From: Eubacteriales bacterium | Lineage (GTDB): Bacteria > Bacillota > Clostridia > Oscillospirales > CAG-272 | Reading direction: 5' to 3' | Assembly (NCBI GenBank): GCA_045594745.1 | Contig: JAZNZC010000153.1 | Location: 4,941 to 68,940 of the forward strand | DNA length: 64,000 nucleotides | Shown: piece by piece, positions 17,811 through 27,162 of the stretch | Layout of the letters: the number at the start of each line of letters is the position of its first letter | Position numbering within the stretch: position 1 is the stretch's first letter | Notes under the pieces: generated by a model | The model's database searches: none | Told to the model about the DNA's origin: nothing | What the model saw: only the letters and a program-made list of their open reading frames with translations | Program-made: the position numbers and the translations under genes

Positions 17811-18905
17811 TTAAACGTTAAATCTGAAGAATACGATATCTCCATCCTGCATAATGTACTCCTTGCCTTCACTGCGGAGCACACCTGCATCCTTTGCGGC
17901 GTTCATCGAGCCGTGCTTTACAAGGTCGTCAAATGCAACGATTTCTGCACGAATAAATCCGCGCTCGATATCCGAGTGGATCTTTCCTGCTGCCTTGGGG
18001 GCCTTGGTTCCTTTGCGAATGGTCCAGGCGCGGCATTCATCGGGACCTGCGGTCAGGAAGCTGATAAGACCGAGCAGGGCATAACTTGCCTTAATGAGGC
18101 GATCCAGTCCGCTTTCCTCAATGCCGAGATCGGAGAGGAACATTTCCTTTTCTTCAGCGTCAAGCTGTGCGATCTCTGCTTCAATTTGACAACAAATGGG
18201 AATGATTTGCGAGTGCTCGCTTGCGGCGTACTCCTTGAGTGCGACGTATGCCTCATAGTCGTTGGGCTCGGATGCGGCGTAGTCCTCGTTGACGTTTGCA
18301 ACGTAAATGACGGGCTTGCGGGTGAGCAGGGGAGTGTCATACAGACAAGCTTCCTCATCGTCGGTCAGTTCCACGGTGCGCGCGCATTTACCGTCGGCAA
18401 GAGCTGCCATCAGCTTTTCAAATACGGCAAGCTCGGTAGCGTATTTCTTATCCGCCTTCATTGCTTTTTTGGTGCGGTCGATGCGACGCTCCAAAATTTC
18501 CATATCCGAGAAGATCAATTCAAGATTGATGGTCTCAAGGTCACGCATCGGGTTGATCTTGCCGTCAACGTGAATAATATTGTCATCCTCAAAGCAGCGT
18601 ACAACGTGCAAAATAGCGTCAACCTCACGGATATTGCCAAGGAATTGGTTACCAAGTCCTTCGCCTTTTGATGCGCCTTTAACAAGACCTGCAATGTCAA
18701 CAAATTCGATGACGGCAGGGGTGTACTTGTTGGGATGGTGCATATCTGCAAGGAAGTCAAGGCGTTTGTCGGGAACGGTCACCACACCCACGTTGGGTTC
18801 GATGGTGCAAAAAGGATAGTTTGCCGATTCTGCGCCTGCGTTTGTCAGCGCGTTGAAGAGCGTGCTCTTTCCCACGTTGGGAAGTCCCACGATACCAAGT
18901 TTCAT
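17811..18905 (-). CDS. ychF: Redox-regulated ATPase YchF
   Basis: [21 protein letters not shown]..., a TGS-like C-terminus and 364 aa length are all typical of YchF/OLA1. Confidence 0.95.
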   Translation of the reverse strand: MKLGIVGLPNVGKSTLFNALTNAGAESANYPFCTIEPNVGVVTVPDKRLDFLADMHHPNKYTPAVIEFVDIAGLVKGASKGEGLGNQFLGNIREVDAILHVVRCFEDDNIIHVDGKINPMRDLETINLELIFSDMEILERRIDRTKKAMKADKKYATELAVFEKLMAALADGKCARTVELTDDEEACLYDTPLLTRKPVIYVANVNEDYAASEPNDYEAYVALKEYAASEHSQIIPICCQIEAEIAQLDAEEKEMFLSDLGIEESGLDRLIKASYALLGLISFLTAGPDECRAWTIRKGTKAPKAAGKIHSDIERGFIRAEIVAFDDLVKHGSMNAAKDAGVLRSEGKEYIMQDGDIVFFRFNV

Positions 18906-18907
18906 TT
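18890..18907. repeat. Island junction direct repeat, copy 1 (att-like)
   Basis: CGATACCAAGTTTCATTT is identical to 34731-34748. It covers the ychF start codon and codons 1-5 on the minus strand. Confidence 0.85.
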
Positions 18908-18968
18908 TTATCTATTCTCCTTTAAAAGTCTTTATTTTTCAAGGGTTTTCGAGGGTACGGATAAGCGG

Positions 18969-18990
18969 TTACTCCACCATTACTCCACCA
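18969..18990. repeat. Tandem 11-bp repeat TTACTCCACCA x2 (candidate integrase arm-type sites)
   Basis: Seen directly. The core CTCCACCA recurs twice at the other island end (34570-34589) in the same orientation. Confidence 0.55.
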
Positions 18991-19045
18991 AACCGTACAC
19001 CATTAATGAGTTCTGCCGACAATCTTCACTTTTGAGGTACACCAT

Positions 19046-20260
19046 TTAAGTGAAAGCGTCTTCCCAAATCTCGTCGATTTCAGACGAATTTGCTCCCTCA
19101 AACTGTTTGATTGCGTTTGCCATAGAATCGTCCGTTACGTGAACGTATTTGTCCATCGTTGTCTGGATGCTTGCGTGACCGAGTAGCTTTTGCAGAACCT
19201 TGGGAGGCATCCCTCGTTCGATTGCTCTCGTTGCGTATGTATGACGAAGGACGTGCATCGAGAAATGCTTGATGCCTGCCTCGTCGCATAACTTGTAGAG
19301 ATGTGTGTCGTAGGAACTGTTTTTTGCCGGCGCTCCCGTCCTATAGTTTATAAACACAAGATCCCGCATCACGAGAGTGGATTTTTGTCCCGTATAACGA
19401 TCCATGTAGTCGAGCGTTTGTGACAGCATCTCCGATTCCTTTCTCTCTCCGATTTTTGAATGAACAATTTCAAGAATCGAATACGCTCGCTTTGTGAGAG
19501 GAATCGTTCGGTAGCTTTGCGGAGTTTTGGGCGGTCCTGCACGCCAAGAGCCTTGCTTGTGTCTGAACTCTAAGGTCTTGTTGACTGTAAGTGTTCGTTT
19601 CTTCCAATCAATCGCATCCCAGGTAAGACCAATCAATTCTCCCGTTCGCAAACCCGTTTCCAACAACAGCGCATACTGATAATAGTTATGAGAACGCTTT
19701 GCAACCTCCAAAAATTTTTCCTGTTCTTCAACCGTCAGAGCACGAATGTTGCTTGGATCACTAATGGGTATATTGACCTTTAACCCATCCATCGGATGCT
19801 TTGCAATCATATCGTTTAATCTTGCCGATTTGAACATAGCTCCCATTGTTGTGTAGGTTTGAAGAATGGTCGAACCCTTGTATGTATCATACATACTGTT
19901 CACAACCAGTTTGCAGTGAAGCTGTTTTACATCCGTTAACCGCAGATGTCCGATAATTGGCTTCATGTTTCGGATATATCGTTCGCGGTAGTTCCGAATT
20001 GTGTTCGGAGCTAAATCGCCAACGATCTTTGTAATCCAGAAATCAAACCATTCATCAACCGTTGTGTTAGACGGAAGGAACGCTTCCGAATGCTTGTCTG
20101 CATACCTTGCTTCTTCAAGCCAGTTTCTCGCTAATGGAAGTGCCGGAAAGCTTTTTTCGCACCGTTTTCCATATCGGTTTACAAATCTTGCGACGTATAA
20201 ACCATCTTTTCTTTGGCAGATGCCTTTGCCAATTTCTTTGCCTTTTAGATTTTTGCCCAA
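19046..20260 (-). CDS. int: Tyrosine integrase (phage-integrase family)
   Basis: 404 aa. The N-terminus resembles an arm-binding domain. The C-terminal catalytic region reads HVLRHTYATRAIE...LGHASIQTTMDKYVHV. Confidence 0.9.
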   Translation of the reverse strand: MGKNLKGKEIGKGICQRKDGLYVARFVNRYGKRCEKSFPALPLARNWLEEARYADKHSEAFLPSNTTVDEWFDFWITKIVGDLAPNTIRNYRERYIRNMKPIIGHLRLTDVKQLHCKLVVNSMYDTYKGSTILQTYTTMGAMFKSARLNDMIAKHPMDGLKVNIPISDPSNIRALTVEEQEKFLEVAKRSHNYYQYALLLETGLRTGELIGLTWDAIDWKKRTLTVNKTLEFRHKQGSWRAGPPKTPQSYRTIPLTKRAYSILEIVHSKIGERKESEMLSQTLDYMDRYTGQKSTLVMRDLVFINYRTGAPAKNSSYDTHLYKLCDEAGIKHFSMHVLRHTYATRAIERGMPPKVLQKLLGHASIQTTMDKYVHVTDDSMANAIKQFEGANSSEIDEIWEDAFT

Positions 20261-20346
20261 ATTGTACTCCTTTCTCTATCGAAAAAAGAGCCAATGCAAC
20301 AACTTATATTATATCACATTGGCATAGATTTTTCAATAGCTCTTGC

Positions 20347-20532
20347 CTAAATAATCAGCGTATTTTGAATAAAATCCTCGAACGCTTTCCGTTTGACGAG
20401 CTTCTTTGTGCCAACAAACAGAACAAACGTACAGTTTGGTTTTCGAAGCAACTGATCGATCTTGTTAATACCGATATTGCTGTACTCCGCAGCCTCTTTG
20501 ATAGTTAGCGCCGCTTTCAAGTGAATAGGCAC
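20347..20532 (-). CDS. xis: Excisionase/MerR-like HTH DNA-binding protein
   Basis: LTIKEAAEYSNIGINKIDQLLR is a helix-turn-helix of the excisionase (HTH_17) type. It lies upstream of int. The exact start is uncertain: a GTG at 20532, or an upstream non-ATG codon nearer the AGGAGG. Confidence 0.65.
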   Translation of the reverse strand: MPIHLKAALTIKEAAEYSNIGINKIDQLLRKPNCTFVLFVGTKKLVKRKAFEDFIQNTLII

Positions 20533-20568
20533 TTGGATATTGTTCTTCTCTATAATCTGCCTCCTTTC

Positions 20569-20751
20569 TTATAATTGATTAGGTGATGTTTGTGGTGGAG
20601 TATTTTGTTTGTCTGTCTCAAACTCATTCTGTATTGATAGAAAACTGTGCGCTTCACCTCCTTTCAAGTTTTCTATCACCTTACTCAGATCGAGCTTAAA
20701 ATCTGAGTCTGGAGAAAGGCAGGTTTGTTTGCCTTTCAACTGTAACCACAC
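20569..20751 (-). CDS. Hypothetical small protein (weak call)
   Basis: 60-aa GTG-initiated ORF whose stop abuts the SD of the xis-like gene. No motif recognised. Confidence 0.3.
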   Translation of the reverse strand: MWLQLKGKQTCLSPDSDFKLDLSKVIENLKGGEAHSFLSIQNEFETDKQNTPPQTSPNQL

Positions 20752-20929
20752 TTAAAACTCTCGATTTTTATACCTTTTTTCAAAAAAACTTAAATTTTTT
20801 TAATTAAACTTTTCCGTTTTTCAAAGGAGCTTTTAAGTGTCTTTACTAATACAGTGGGAATTTTGACGCAAAATCTCATCACGTTTCAAAAAATTTTTGA
20901 AAATTATTTTCGTTTCAAAAATTGCATAA

Positions 20930-20975
20930 GAAAAAGCCGTTATCGAAAGCGTTACGAAAACGCCTTGATAGCGGC
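20930..20975 (-). terminator. Rho-independent terminator (minus strand)
   Basis: GCCGTTATC...GATAGCGGC long hairpin (with inner AAGCGTT/AACGCC pairing), followed on the minus strand by TTTTTC. Confidence 0.6.
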
Positions 20976-20999
20976 TCTATCTATGCCTGCGCCAAAATG

Positions 21000-21052
21000 A
21001 AAAGTGTAAGCTAAAACTGGAAATCAACGTCCCAATCAAAGCTTACACTTTT
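21000..21052. terminator. Long-loop hairpin / bidirectional terminator-like element downstream of gajB
   Basis: 13-bp perfect stem AAAAGTGTAAGCT / AGCTTACACTTTT with a 27-nt loop. Confidence 0.45.
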
Positions 21053-21132
21053 TGACGATACTATTATAACATATTTACTTTAACTTGTCATCGGCTATTC
21101 TCCGCCTTTTTTTCGCCTTTTTTGTGACATGA

Positions 21133-22476
21133 TTAACTGGTCATTATTTTAGTAAAAAAATCTTTTATCGATGATTGATCATAAACCTTTTCGACTTCTT
21201 TGCAAATTAAAATGACAAGCTTTTCTTTTGATCTTGTCAAGGCAACATAAAGTGCGTTTTTTATTTTATTTTCCGCAGTTTTATCTAAAAAAAGATAGGG
21301 TGCTAATTCGCTCGTGAGTATGAAGAGGCATCGTTCCCCCTCTAATCCCTTTATGCTTTCAATTGAAGAAACCTCATGTTTTTTTGACGTAGTTGTTTGT
21401 TTAACTAACAGTGCATCCTTAACTTTTGCATATTGTTGCTTTGAAAGTGTTCCTGTATGTGTCTCCAAACGATTTATTATTTGTTTTTCGGGTTTGCCTT
21501 GATTATAGAGATCAATCATTCCCTTGGTGTAATTGTATGATCGAATTTCTCGAACTTGTACATCAGGCTCAATCTCACACAAAATAGTATAGATTTCGTA
21601 ATATAGTGTATCAAACCTTGATGGTCTTTCCAACACATTGCTATGTGTTTCGAACAGATCGTTCTTTTGATAAATGTATTTCAAATCAAATTGAGATGAT
21701 AACAGAGTGTCTATATCACAAGAACTCTCAAATATAACCTCTATACTACCGCCGGTTTTTTCAGAGGTTTGGCGTTCATTTTTGTGAATCAAGGAATTTG
21801 TGATTTTAAGATGTTTAGCTGGACAACGATGGCAAGTTGCATCATAAATAACCGATTGTGGTCTTGCATTGATTAATTCTCTAAAATAACCATACCCGCG
21901 AATATCTTGTTTTGGATCGCCTTTAAGTACTACCTCAATTCCTTCAGAATCAAGTTTTTCAAAAATTTCCTTCATATGTCCATCAATATCTTGAGCTTCA
22001 TCAACAAATATCGTTTGGCAATATGATTTGAAGGTTCCCAAAACAATGGATCTGTAATCCTTTTGAAGTTTTTTATCAGTACTCTTTTTCACTACAACCC
22101 ATTTAGCTTTTTCAGGTATCGCCTCTATATGAAGTACATTTCTTCTATCCAATTCTGCGAGTTTGTAATTTTTGAATTCTGGCTTATCGGGAAGTTCTAT
22201 AGTGGAAATTGAACCATAGTGTTTGTTGTAAATTACATAGTAGTAAGGGGATACAAATTCTTGGAACAAAAAGGAATGAATTGTACATACAATGATGTTT
22301 TCAGGAATCACGTCATAATGGGACAATAATTTATCCTTAATAGACTTTACTGCATTGTTAGTAAATGCAACACAAAATATTTTTTTATTTGAAGAATTTT
22401 GTTCGTGTTTTTCAATGATTTCTTTAGCAAGTCCTGTTGTTTTTCCTGCACCTGCCCCAGCAACATTAATTATCAT
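21133..22476 (-). CDS. gajB: Gabija GajB, UvrD/Rep-like SF1 helicase
   Basis: Walker A AGAGKTTG at the N-terminus, FVDEAQDI (motif II) and VALTRSKEKL (motif VI). The start overlaps the gajA 3' end by 11 nt. About 447 aa. Confidence 0.8.
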   Translation of the reverse strand: MIINVAGAGAGKTTGLAKEIIEKHEQNSSNKKIFCVAFTNNAVKSIKDKLLSHYDVIPENIIVCTIHSFLFQEFVSPYYYVIYNKHYGSISTIELPDKPEFKNYKLAELDRRNVLHIEAIPEKAKWVVVKKSTDKKLQKDYRSIVLGTFKSYCQTIFVDEAQDIDGHMKEIFEKLDSEGIEVVLKGDPKQDIRGYGYFRELINARPQSVIYDATCHRCPAKHLKITNSLIHKNERQTSEKTGGSIEVIFESSCDIDTLLSSQFDLKYIYQKNDLFETHSNVLERPSRFDTLYYEIYTILCEIEPDVQVREIRSYNYTKGMIDLYNQGKPEKQIINRLETHTGTLSKQQYAKVKDALLVKQTTTSKKHEVSSIESIKGLEGERCLFILTSELAPYLFLDKTAENKIKNALYVALTRSKEKLVILICKEVEKVYDQSSIKDFFTKIMTS

Positions 22477-24220
22477 CTTTTTTACCTGCCATAAAATCAA
22501 ATATCGCCTGTATATGTGCTGGCATCTGCAATCCAACTAAACTTCCATTAGCAATATCGTGGCTAATAGTAAGCATAACTTCTGCTTTTTGAGATTTCCA
22601 CTTGTCAGACAACTGGTCTTGTGTTAATCCTGTCCACCCAAATTGAGTTCCATATTTACTCTGCAATAAGGTATAATTGCTTCCAGTTTTTACAATTTCC
22701 GGTTCCAATGTGTAATTTTTTGTTGTTGTAACAAGAATTGATTGGCACGAATTATATTTCTCGTGATTCGCTTGTGCGGCGGGTTGATTATCATAATCTC
22801 TAACGATTCCTAAACGTTTGTGGCAATTACTGTTTGTTTTCTGCCATATTTCAATGATTTTTGTAAATCCTTTATGAAATGATAGAACATCAATATCACC
22901 GAGTGTGCTTTGAGAAGCTTGGTATGCCTTAATAAATAATTCTTCAGTTATACCTTCTACCAATATACAACGATGAGACAAGAACAATTTGTAGATATCG
23001 GTATTAGGATTTTTGGAAAGATAATTGCGTTCTTCATCATTAAGTTCTGTTGAAAGTGCATACGCTTCTCCTGCATCCAACACCACTACACTTTCCAAGG
23101 CGTGTTTATTTAAAAATTCTGTGCTATGGGAAGAAAAAATGAGCTGAACACTTTTGTTGTCTTTTGTCAAAGCATTAATAAAACTGCACATCAATCGAAT
23201 ATTATTGATGCACAAATGTGCTTCGGGCTCTTCCATAATCAAAACATTTATTACGGTATCACATTGTTTTTCTTTCCACGAATTTAACAACACGAGTAAT
23301 AATATTAAATTTCTATACCCCAATCCTTGTAATGACAAGCTTTCATCCGCGTACCCGAGTTTTACTCCATTTAAGATAGTTGACAACGGCGGCATATTGG
23401 GCAAAATGCTAATACTTGAAATAAAATCCTTTGCTCCAGGAATCGAACTATAATCCTGCCAATTGAGCACACTATCAACATCTCCGGCCTTTTTTACTTC
23501 GTCGAAAAAAGTTTGATATTGCTTTTCTATATGAACTAAATTTTCGTTGCTATATCGAGACTCTAATAGTTTTACAAGAGATTTATATCCAATCTTGCTG
23601 TTATCATATGAAAAACCATCTCTTTCTGCGGGGAGCATTGTATATTTAAAATATCTCAATACATCATATGCAACCTTCGCTTCTTTTTCAGGGACCACTA
23701 TTGAGTATGTGTACAAACTAATCGGTAGAAGATTACGCTTAACATCTGAAATATTTACAGATGAATCCGATAGAATCTCTTTTACAGATTCCAAAAGCTT
23801 AGACGGCATATCTACGGTAAAACGATATAATAGCCCATATTGAATATTGTTATTAGCTATTTTGAAAGCTATATCTTTTACATAATACAACTCATCCGTT
23901 TCAGGTGTAAAGTGAATTTCCACAGAAACAACAGGAATGCTTTTTATAAAATCATCTAACAAAAGGGAGCCTTCAACAATTTGATCTCGATGCGTTTCCA
24001 AATATTTAAAATACTCGTTTCTCGCTTTTGAATTGATGTCATCCCAGGTTAAATGTTTAGAAATCGTGTTATCCTCGGAGTAAAGTGGAAGAGACAATGC
24101 ACGCAATATATTGCTTTTACCACTATTGTTTTCTCCAATGAAAATAGTAGTTCCTTCAGATTCAAAAGATGTTCCCTCAATATTTCGATAATTTTTTATT
24201 GTGATTTCAGAAATCTTCAT
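22466..24220 (-). CDS. gajA: Gabija GajA, OLD-family ATPase-Toprim nuclease
   Basis: GENNSGKSN Walker A, LIMEEPEAHL Walker B/ABC-like, and a C-terminal Toprim (ILVEGITEE ... VRDYDN). About 584 aa from MKISEITIKNYRN with a GAGGG SD. Paired with a UvrD-like helicase. Confidence 0.8.
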   Translation of the reverse strand: MKISEITIKNYRNIEGTSFESEGTTIFIGENNSGKSNILRALSLPLYSEDNTISKHLTWDDINSKARNEYFKYLETHRDQIVEGSLLLDDFIKSIPVVSVEIHFTPETDELYYVKDIAFKIANNNIQYGLLYRFTVDMPSKLLESVKEILSDSSVNISDVKRNLLPISLYTYSIVVPEKEAKVAYDVLRYFKYTMLPAERDGFSYDNSKIGYKSLVKLLESRYSNENLVHIEKQYQTFFDEVKKAGDVDSVLNWQDYSSIPGAKDFISSISILPNMPPLSTILNGVKLGYADESLSLQGLGYRNLILLLVLLNSWKEKQCDTVINVLIMEEPEAHLCINNIRLMCSFINALTKDNKSVQLIFSSHSTEFLNKHALESVVVLDAGEAYALSTELNDEERNYLSKNPNTDIYKLFLSHRCILVEGITEELFIKAYQASQSTLGDIDVLSFHKGFTKIIEIWQKTNSNCHKRLGIVRDYDNQPAAQANHEKYNSCQSILVTTTKNYTLEPEIVKTGSNYTLLQSKYGTQFGWTGLTQDQLSDKWKSQKAEVMLTISHDIANGSLVGLQMPAHIQAIFDFMAGKKDDN

Positions 24221-24306
24221 AATTGCCCTCTGAGTTGTTATTCCAATTAGTCTGTTTTTTGCGGGAGAATATAATATTTTGTATTCTCCCACAAGTCAAT
24301 TGATTT

Positions 24307-27162
24307 TTACTCCGCGATTCCATCCGTATCAAAGATGTGATCCAGCTCGTCCGAAGTCATAGCGCGAAGCACTTTGTCGCGAACGACCATATCGGTCAGA
24401 TCCAATCTAGCGAACTTACTTCCGCTGGCATTGTTGTTCTTGTGAATCAACTGAATTCTGCCAATGCGGTTCTCATTTCTTGCATACTCTGCAAGAGCTT
24501 TTGCCTTGGGAAGATTATCCGCATACTGATTTCCGTGGGGCTCAAGAATGTCTACGACATACTCAGCATAAGGATCGCTACGCACTACCAAGAAATCTGG
24601 ATAGAATGCTTTCTTTTCTCCACCGATTTCATAAGGCAAGCAGAGCGCCCACGTGCCTCTTGAAGGATTACGTAACCAGCAAACAAAATCGTTTCTGCGT
24701 GCTTCCTCCTCTATAAGAGAGCTTTCCCACCCGTTCAGCTTGATTTTTGCGATTCCGGTTTCGGGAGATGCAAGCAGATGGTTATCGTATTCAGTTCCTT
24801 CGGGATCTTCACGAACACAAATATTTTCGGGAATCGCGAAAATCTGCTCGCTGATTACATCACTATCCGCCATAATATCGTGATATTTTTTCTTGCAGGA
24901 ATCCGACTTACTAACAATGGCGATACGATACTTTTTGCTGAACTCGTTCAGCTTTTTCTTCGCATATTCACCAAGCTTTGTCCTACAATCATCATCGTTG
25001 GCAAAGAGCACACAGTCAATTTTGTGAGCATTGGGATCGTCTTCATCGTAATACAAATATCCGTATTTGCTTGGGAAGCCATAGCGTCCAAGCTTGGCAT
25101 CTGCATCTCTTACACGCCTGTCAAGGTCGTTCTCAGACATCATAGTAAGATCGTCAAAGTAATTATCAACCAAAGCTTGTCCGAATGGATCAAATACCTG
25201 AATCGATAATTTGAATTCCAATACTTGTTTTGCGAGTTCCTCATATTTACCTGTGCGGTGAAGCTCATCAACGTATGCACGAATCAAACCGAGAACGTCA
25301 TCAATAACTTCATCACGCGCATTTTGGTAAATAAGGTTATGTGTAAGAAGATCAGCGAGGTCAAGAAGCGATTTGAGGTAATCATTGATGCGGTCATGAC
25401 GGATAAAATACGTTAAATAACCTTGTGCATTGATGAAATCAATGATCTCAACGCGATCAATATCCGTTTGAATTACAAGTTGCCTGCCGGGTGCGGGCGG
25501 TGTAAACAACGGAGTAGTCGGCGTGCTTGGCGCGGGGACGGTAACGGTCATCGGAGGATTATATTCCGGTGCATTGTTTTCTCCTACAGGAGCAGAATGA
25601 GTATGGGAAGGAACAGAAGGATTATCGCTTGTTGGTGCAGTGGTGACAGGTGTCACAGAGCTTGTATCGGCTGAAACGGGTGCATCAAACATGCTCGTTT
25701 GTCCGGGAACGCCAACCGGCTGGCGCGTGTTTCTCGGCGTGTGAACCGTCCAAGTAACGTAGGTAGGTTCTTCAAGCGATTCGCCGTTGATTTCCGTAGG
25801 AATATCTCCGCCCTCATTGCTTTGCAATTCTTCTACTACGTGCTTAACAGTTTCCTTGTTGAAGTAAGGCAAATAGAGCTTTACGTCGTTCAAAAACTCA
25901 TCGCGCTGTACGCGCATCTGCAAGGGCGTTCTAACCATTCTACCGAGCAACTGTGCGATATAGGTGGGATCATTGCGGACAGCAAAGGACATCATGGTCT
26001 CTGCTCTGGGGCAATCCCATCCCGTTGACAGTGCTTCCTTGAAGAAAACAACCTTGATCTTGTGATCGTCAGCAATTTCAGATGCCTTTATGTGCGGAAT
26101 TTTAAGACCGTTTAATTCAACAGTCGTATTTTCACCAAAACAATGAACAACCTCACCCGGCGCAAATCGTTTCCCGAGCTTTTCTTCGATTTTGGCAAGA
26201 ACGTCTTCAAGGTTGGTATCCGACAACGCAGCGCCGCTTCCTTTACGAACCTGAACTACGAAAACAGGATCAACGTTTGCATAGTGCTGCTCAGTCGTAT
26301 ACTGCTTCCATCTCAGACACTTTTTCTGCCATTCTTCCACGGCGGCTTCCAAAAGCACCATATCGTTATTCTTTTCGGGATCCTCGGGATAAGTGATCGC
26401 AATTCTATCCTTGAGAAGACCGGAGCTGCGAACGTCATCGGCAGTAATGACATACTTTTGGAGTCCTACGTTCGTTATATTGCCAACCAACGTGTTAAAT
26501 CTATCTGCTGTGGCACTGATACCGAGAATTACGGGCATTGAACGCATCGTGCGCTTAATACCGTTTTCCATATATTCATAGCCCTTGATAAAGCGCTGCA
26601 TAATGGTTGTGTCGGTACCTGCTTCTCGTTTGCTTTTTGCTCCACGGTGTGCCTCATCAATGATAAAATACAAGTGATCTGATTTGTTCTGAATCGTATT
26701 ATCGAGCGTTTCCCAAATCGTATACTGACGGGAATCGGAATGCTGACTCAGTTTGGCACTACGGCTGATTTTCTGTGTGTTAAGAAAATAAATATTGCCG
26801 TCCTCAAGCATTTCCATATCAAAGGAATCCTCGGAGATTGTAACACACTGACCGAAACGAAGTTTGCTCGTTTTTAGCTCAATCTTTGCCTTGGACTGCT
26901 CGTTCAATTCCGGAGAATCTGACAGCCAAACAAAGATAGCCTCGGGTTGCTCGGAATAAGTCGTTCCATCAGGCATCGTTGTGCCAAAGTAAATGTTCTC
27001 AATCAATGCTGCGGCAATAATGGTTTTACCGGCACCGGTGGGCGCTTGCAGAGAAACGACCTGAGTTTTATGCCTGCGCTGATATGTACCAAGAGCTTCC
27101 GCAATATCAAGACGCAACTCTTTTACGGCTTTTTCCTGAAAGGATATTAAATCTACCTTCAT
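24307..27162 (-). CDS. res: Type III restriction enzyme Res-like subunit (SF2 helicase plus C-terminal PD-(D/E)xK-like nuclease)
   Basis: APTGAGKT (motif I), IIDEAHRG (DEAH), STGWDCPRAE (motif VI), and C-terminal YPDFLVV...DILEPHG. 4-nt overlap with the upstream mod gene. Confidence 0.8.
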   Translation of the reverse strand: MKVDLISFQEKAVKELRLDIAEALGTYQRRHKTQVVSLQAPTGAGKTIIAAALIENIYFGTTMPDGTTYSEQPEAIFVWLSDSPELNEQSKAKIELKTSKLRFGQCVTISEDSFDMEMLEDGNIYFLNTQKISRSAKLSQHSDSRQYTIWETLDNTIQNKSDHLYFIIDEAHRGAKSKREAGTDTTIMQRFIKGYEYMENGIKRTMRSMPVILGISATADRFNTLVGNITNVGLQKYVITADDVRSSGLLKDRIAITYPEDPEKNNDMVLLEAAVEEWQKKCLRWKQYTTEQHYANVDPVFVVQVRKGSGAALSDTNLEDVLAKIEEKLGKRFAPGEVVHCFGENTTVELNGLKIPHIKASEIADDHKIKVVFFKEALSTGWDCPRAETMMSFAVRNDPTYIAQLLGRMVRTPLQMRVQRDEFLNDVKLYLPYFNKETVKHVVEELQSNEGGDIPTEINGESLEEPTYVTWTVHTPRNTRQPVGVPGQTSMFDAPVSADTSSVTPVTTAPTSDNPSVPSHTHSAPVGENNAPEYNPPMTVTVPAPSTPTTPLFTPPAPGRQLVIQTDIDRVEIIDFINAQGYLTYFIRHDRINDYLKSLLDLADLLTHNLIYQNARDEVIDDVLGLIRAYVDELHRTGKYEELAKQVLEFKLSIQVFDPFGQALVDNYFDDLTMMSENDLDRRVRDADAKLGRYGFPSKYGYLYYDEDDPNAHKIDCVLFANDDDCRTKLGEYAKKKLNEFSKKYRIAIVSKSDSCKKKYHDIMADSDVISEQIFAIPENICVREDPEGTEYDNHLLASPETGIAKIKLNGWESSLIEEEARRNDFVCWLRNPSRGTWALCLPYEIGGEKKAFYPDFLVVRSDPYAEYVVDILEPHGNQYADNLPKAKALAEYARNENRIGRIQLIHKNNNASGSKFARLDLTDMVVRDKVLRAMTSDELDHIFDTDGIAE

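Noticed and set aside
17655-18671. 338-aa plus-strand ORF across ychF
   Set aside because: It is antisense to the unmistakable YchF ORF. It has no SD and an implausible Cys/Val-rich composition.
18908-19045. Expected a tRNA or tmRNA gene at the island junction, because tyrosine integrases often target them
   Set aside because: No cloverleaf-compatible sequence or conserved T-loop/anticodon-arm pattern is present. The direct repeat instead maps to the ychF start region. I recognised no tRNA anywhere in the window, though no tRNAscan was run.
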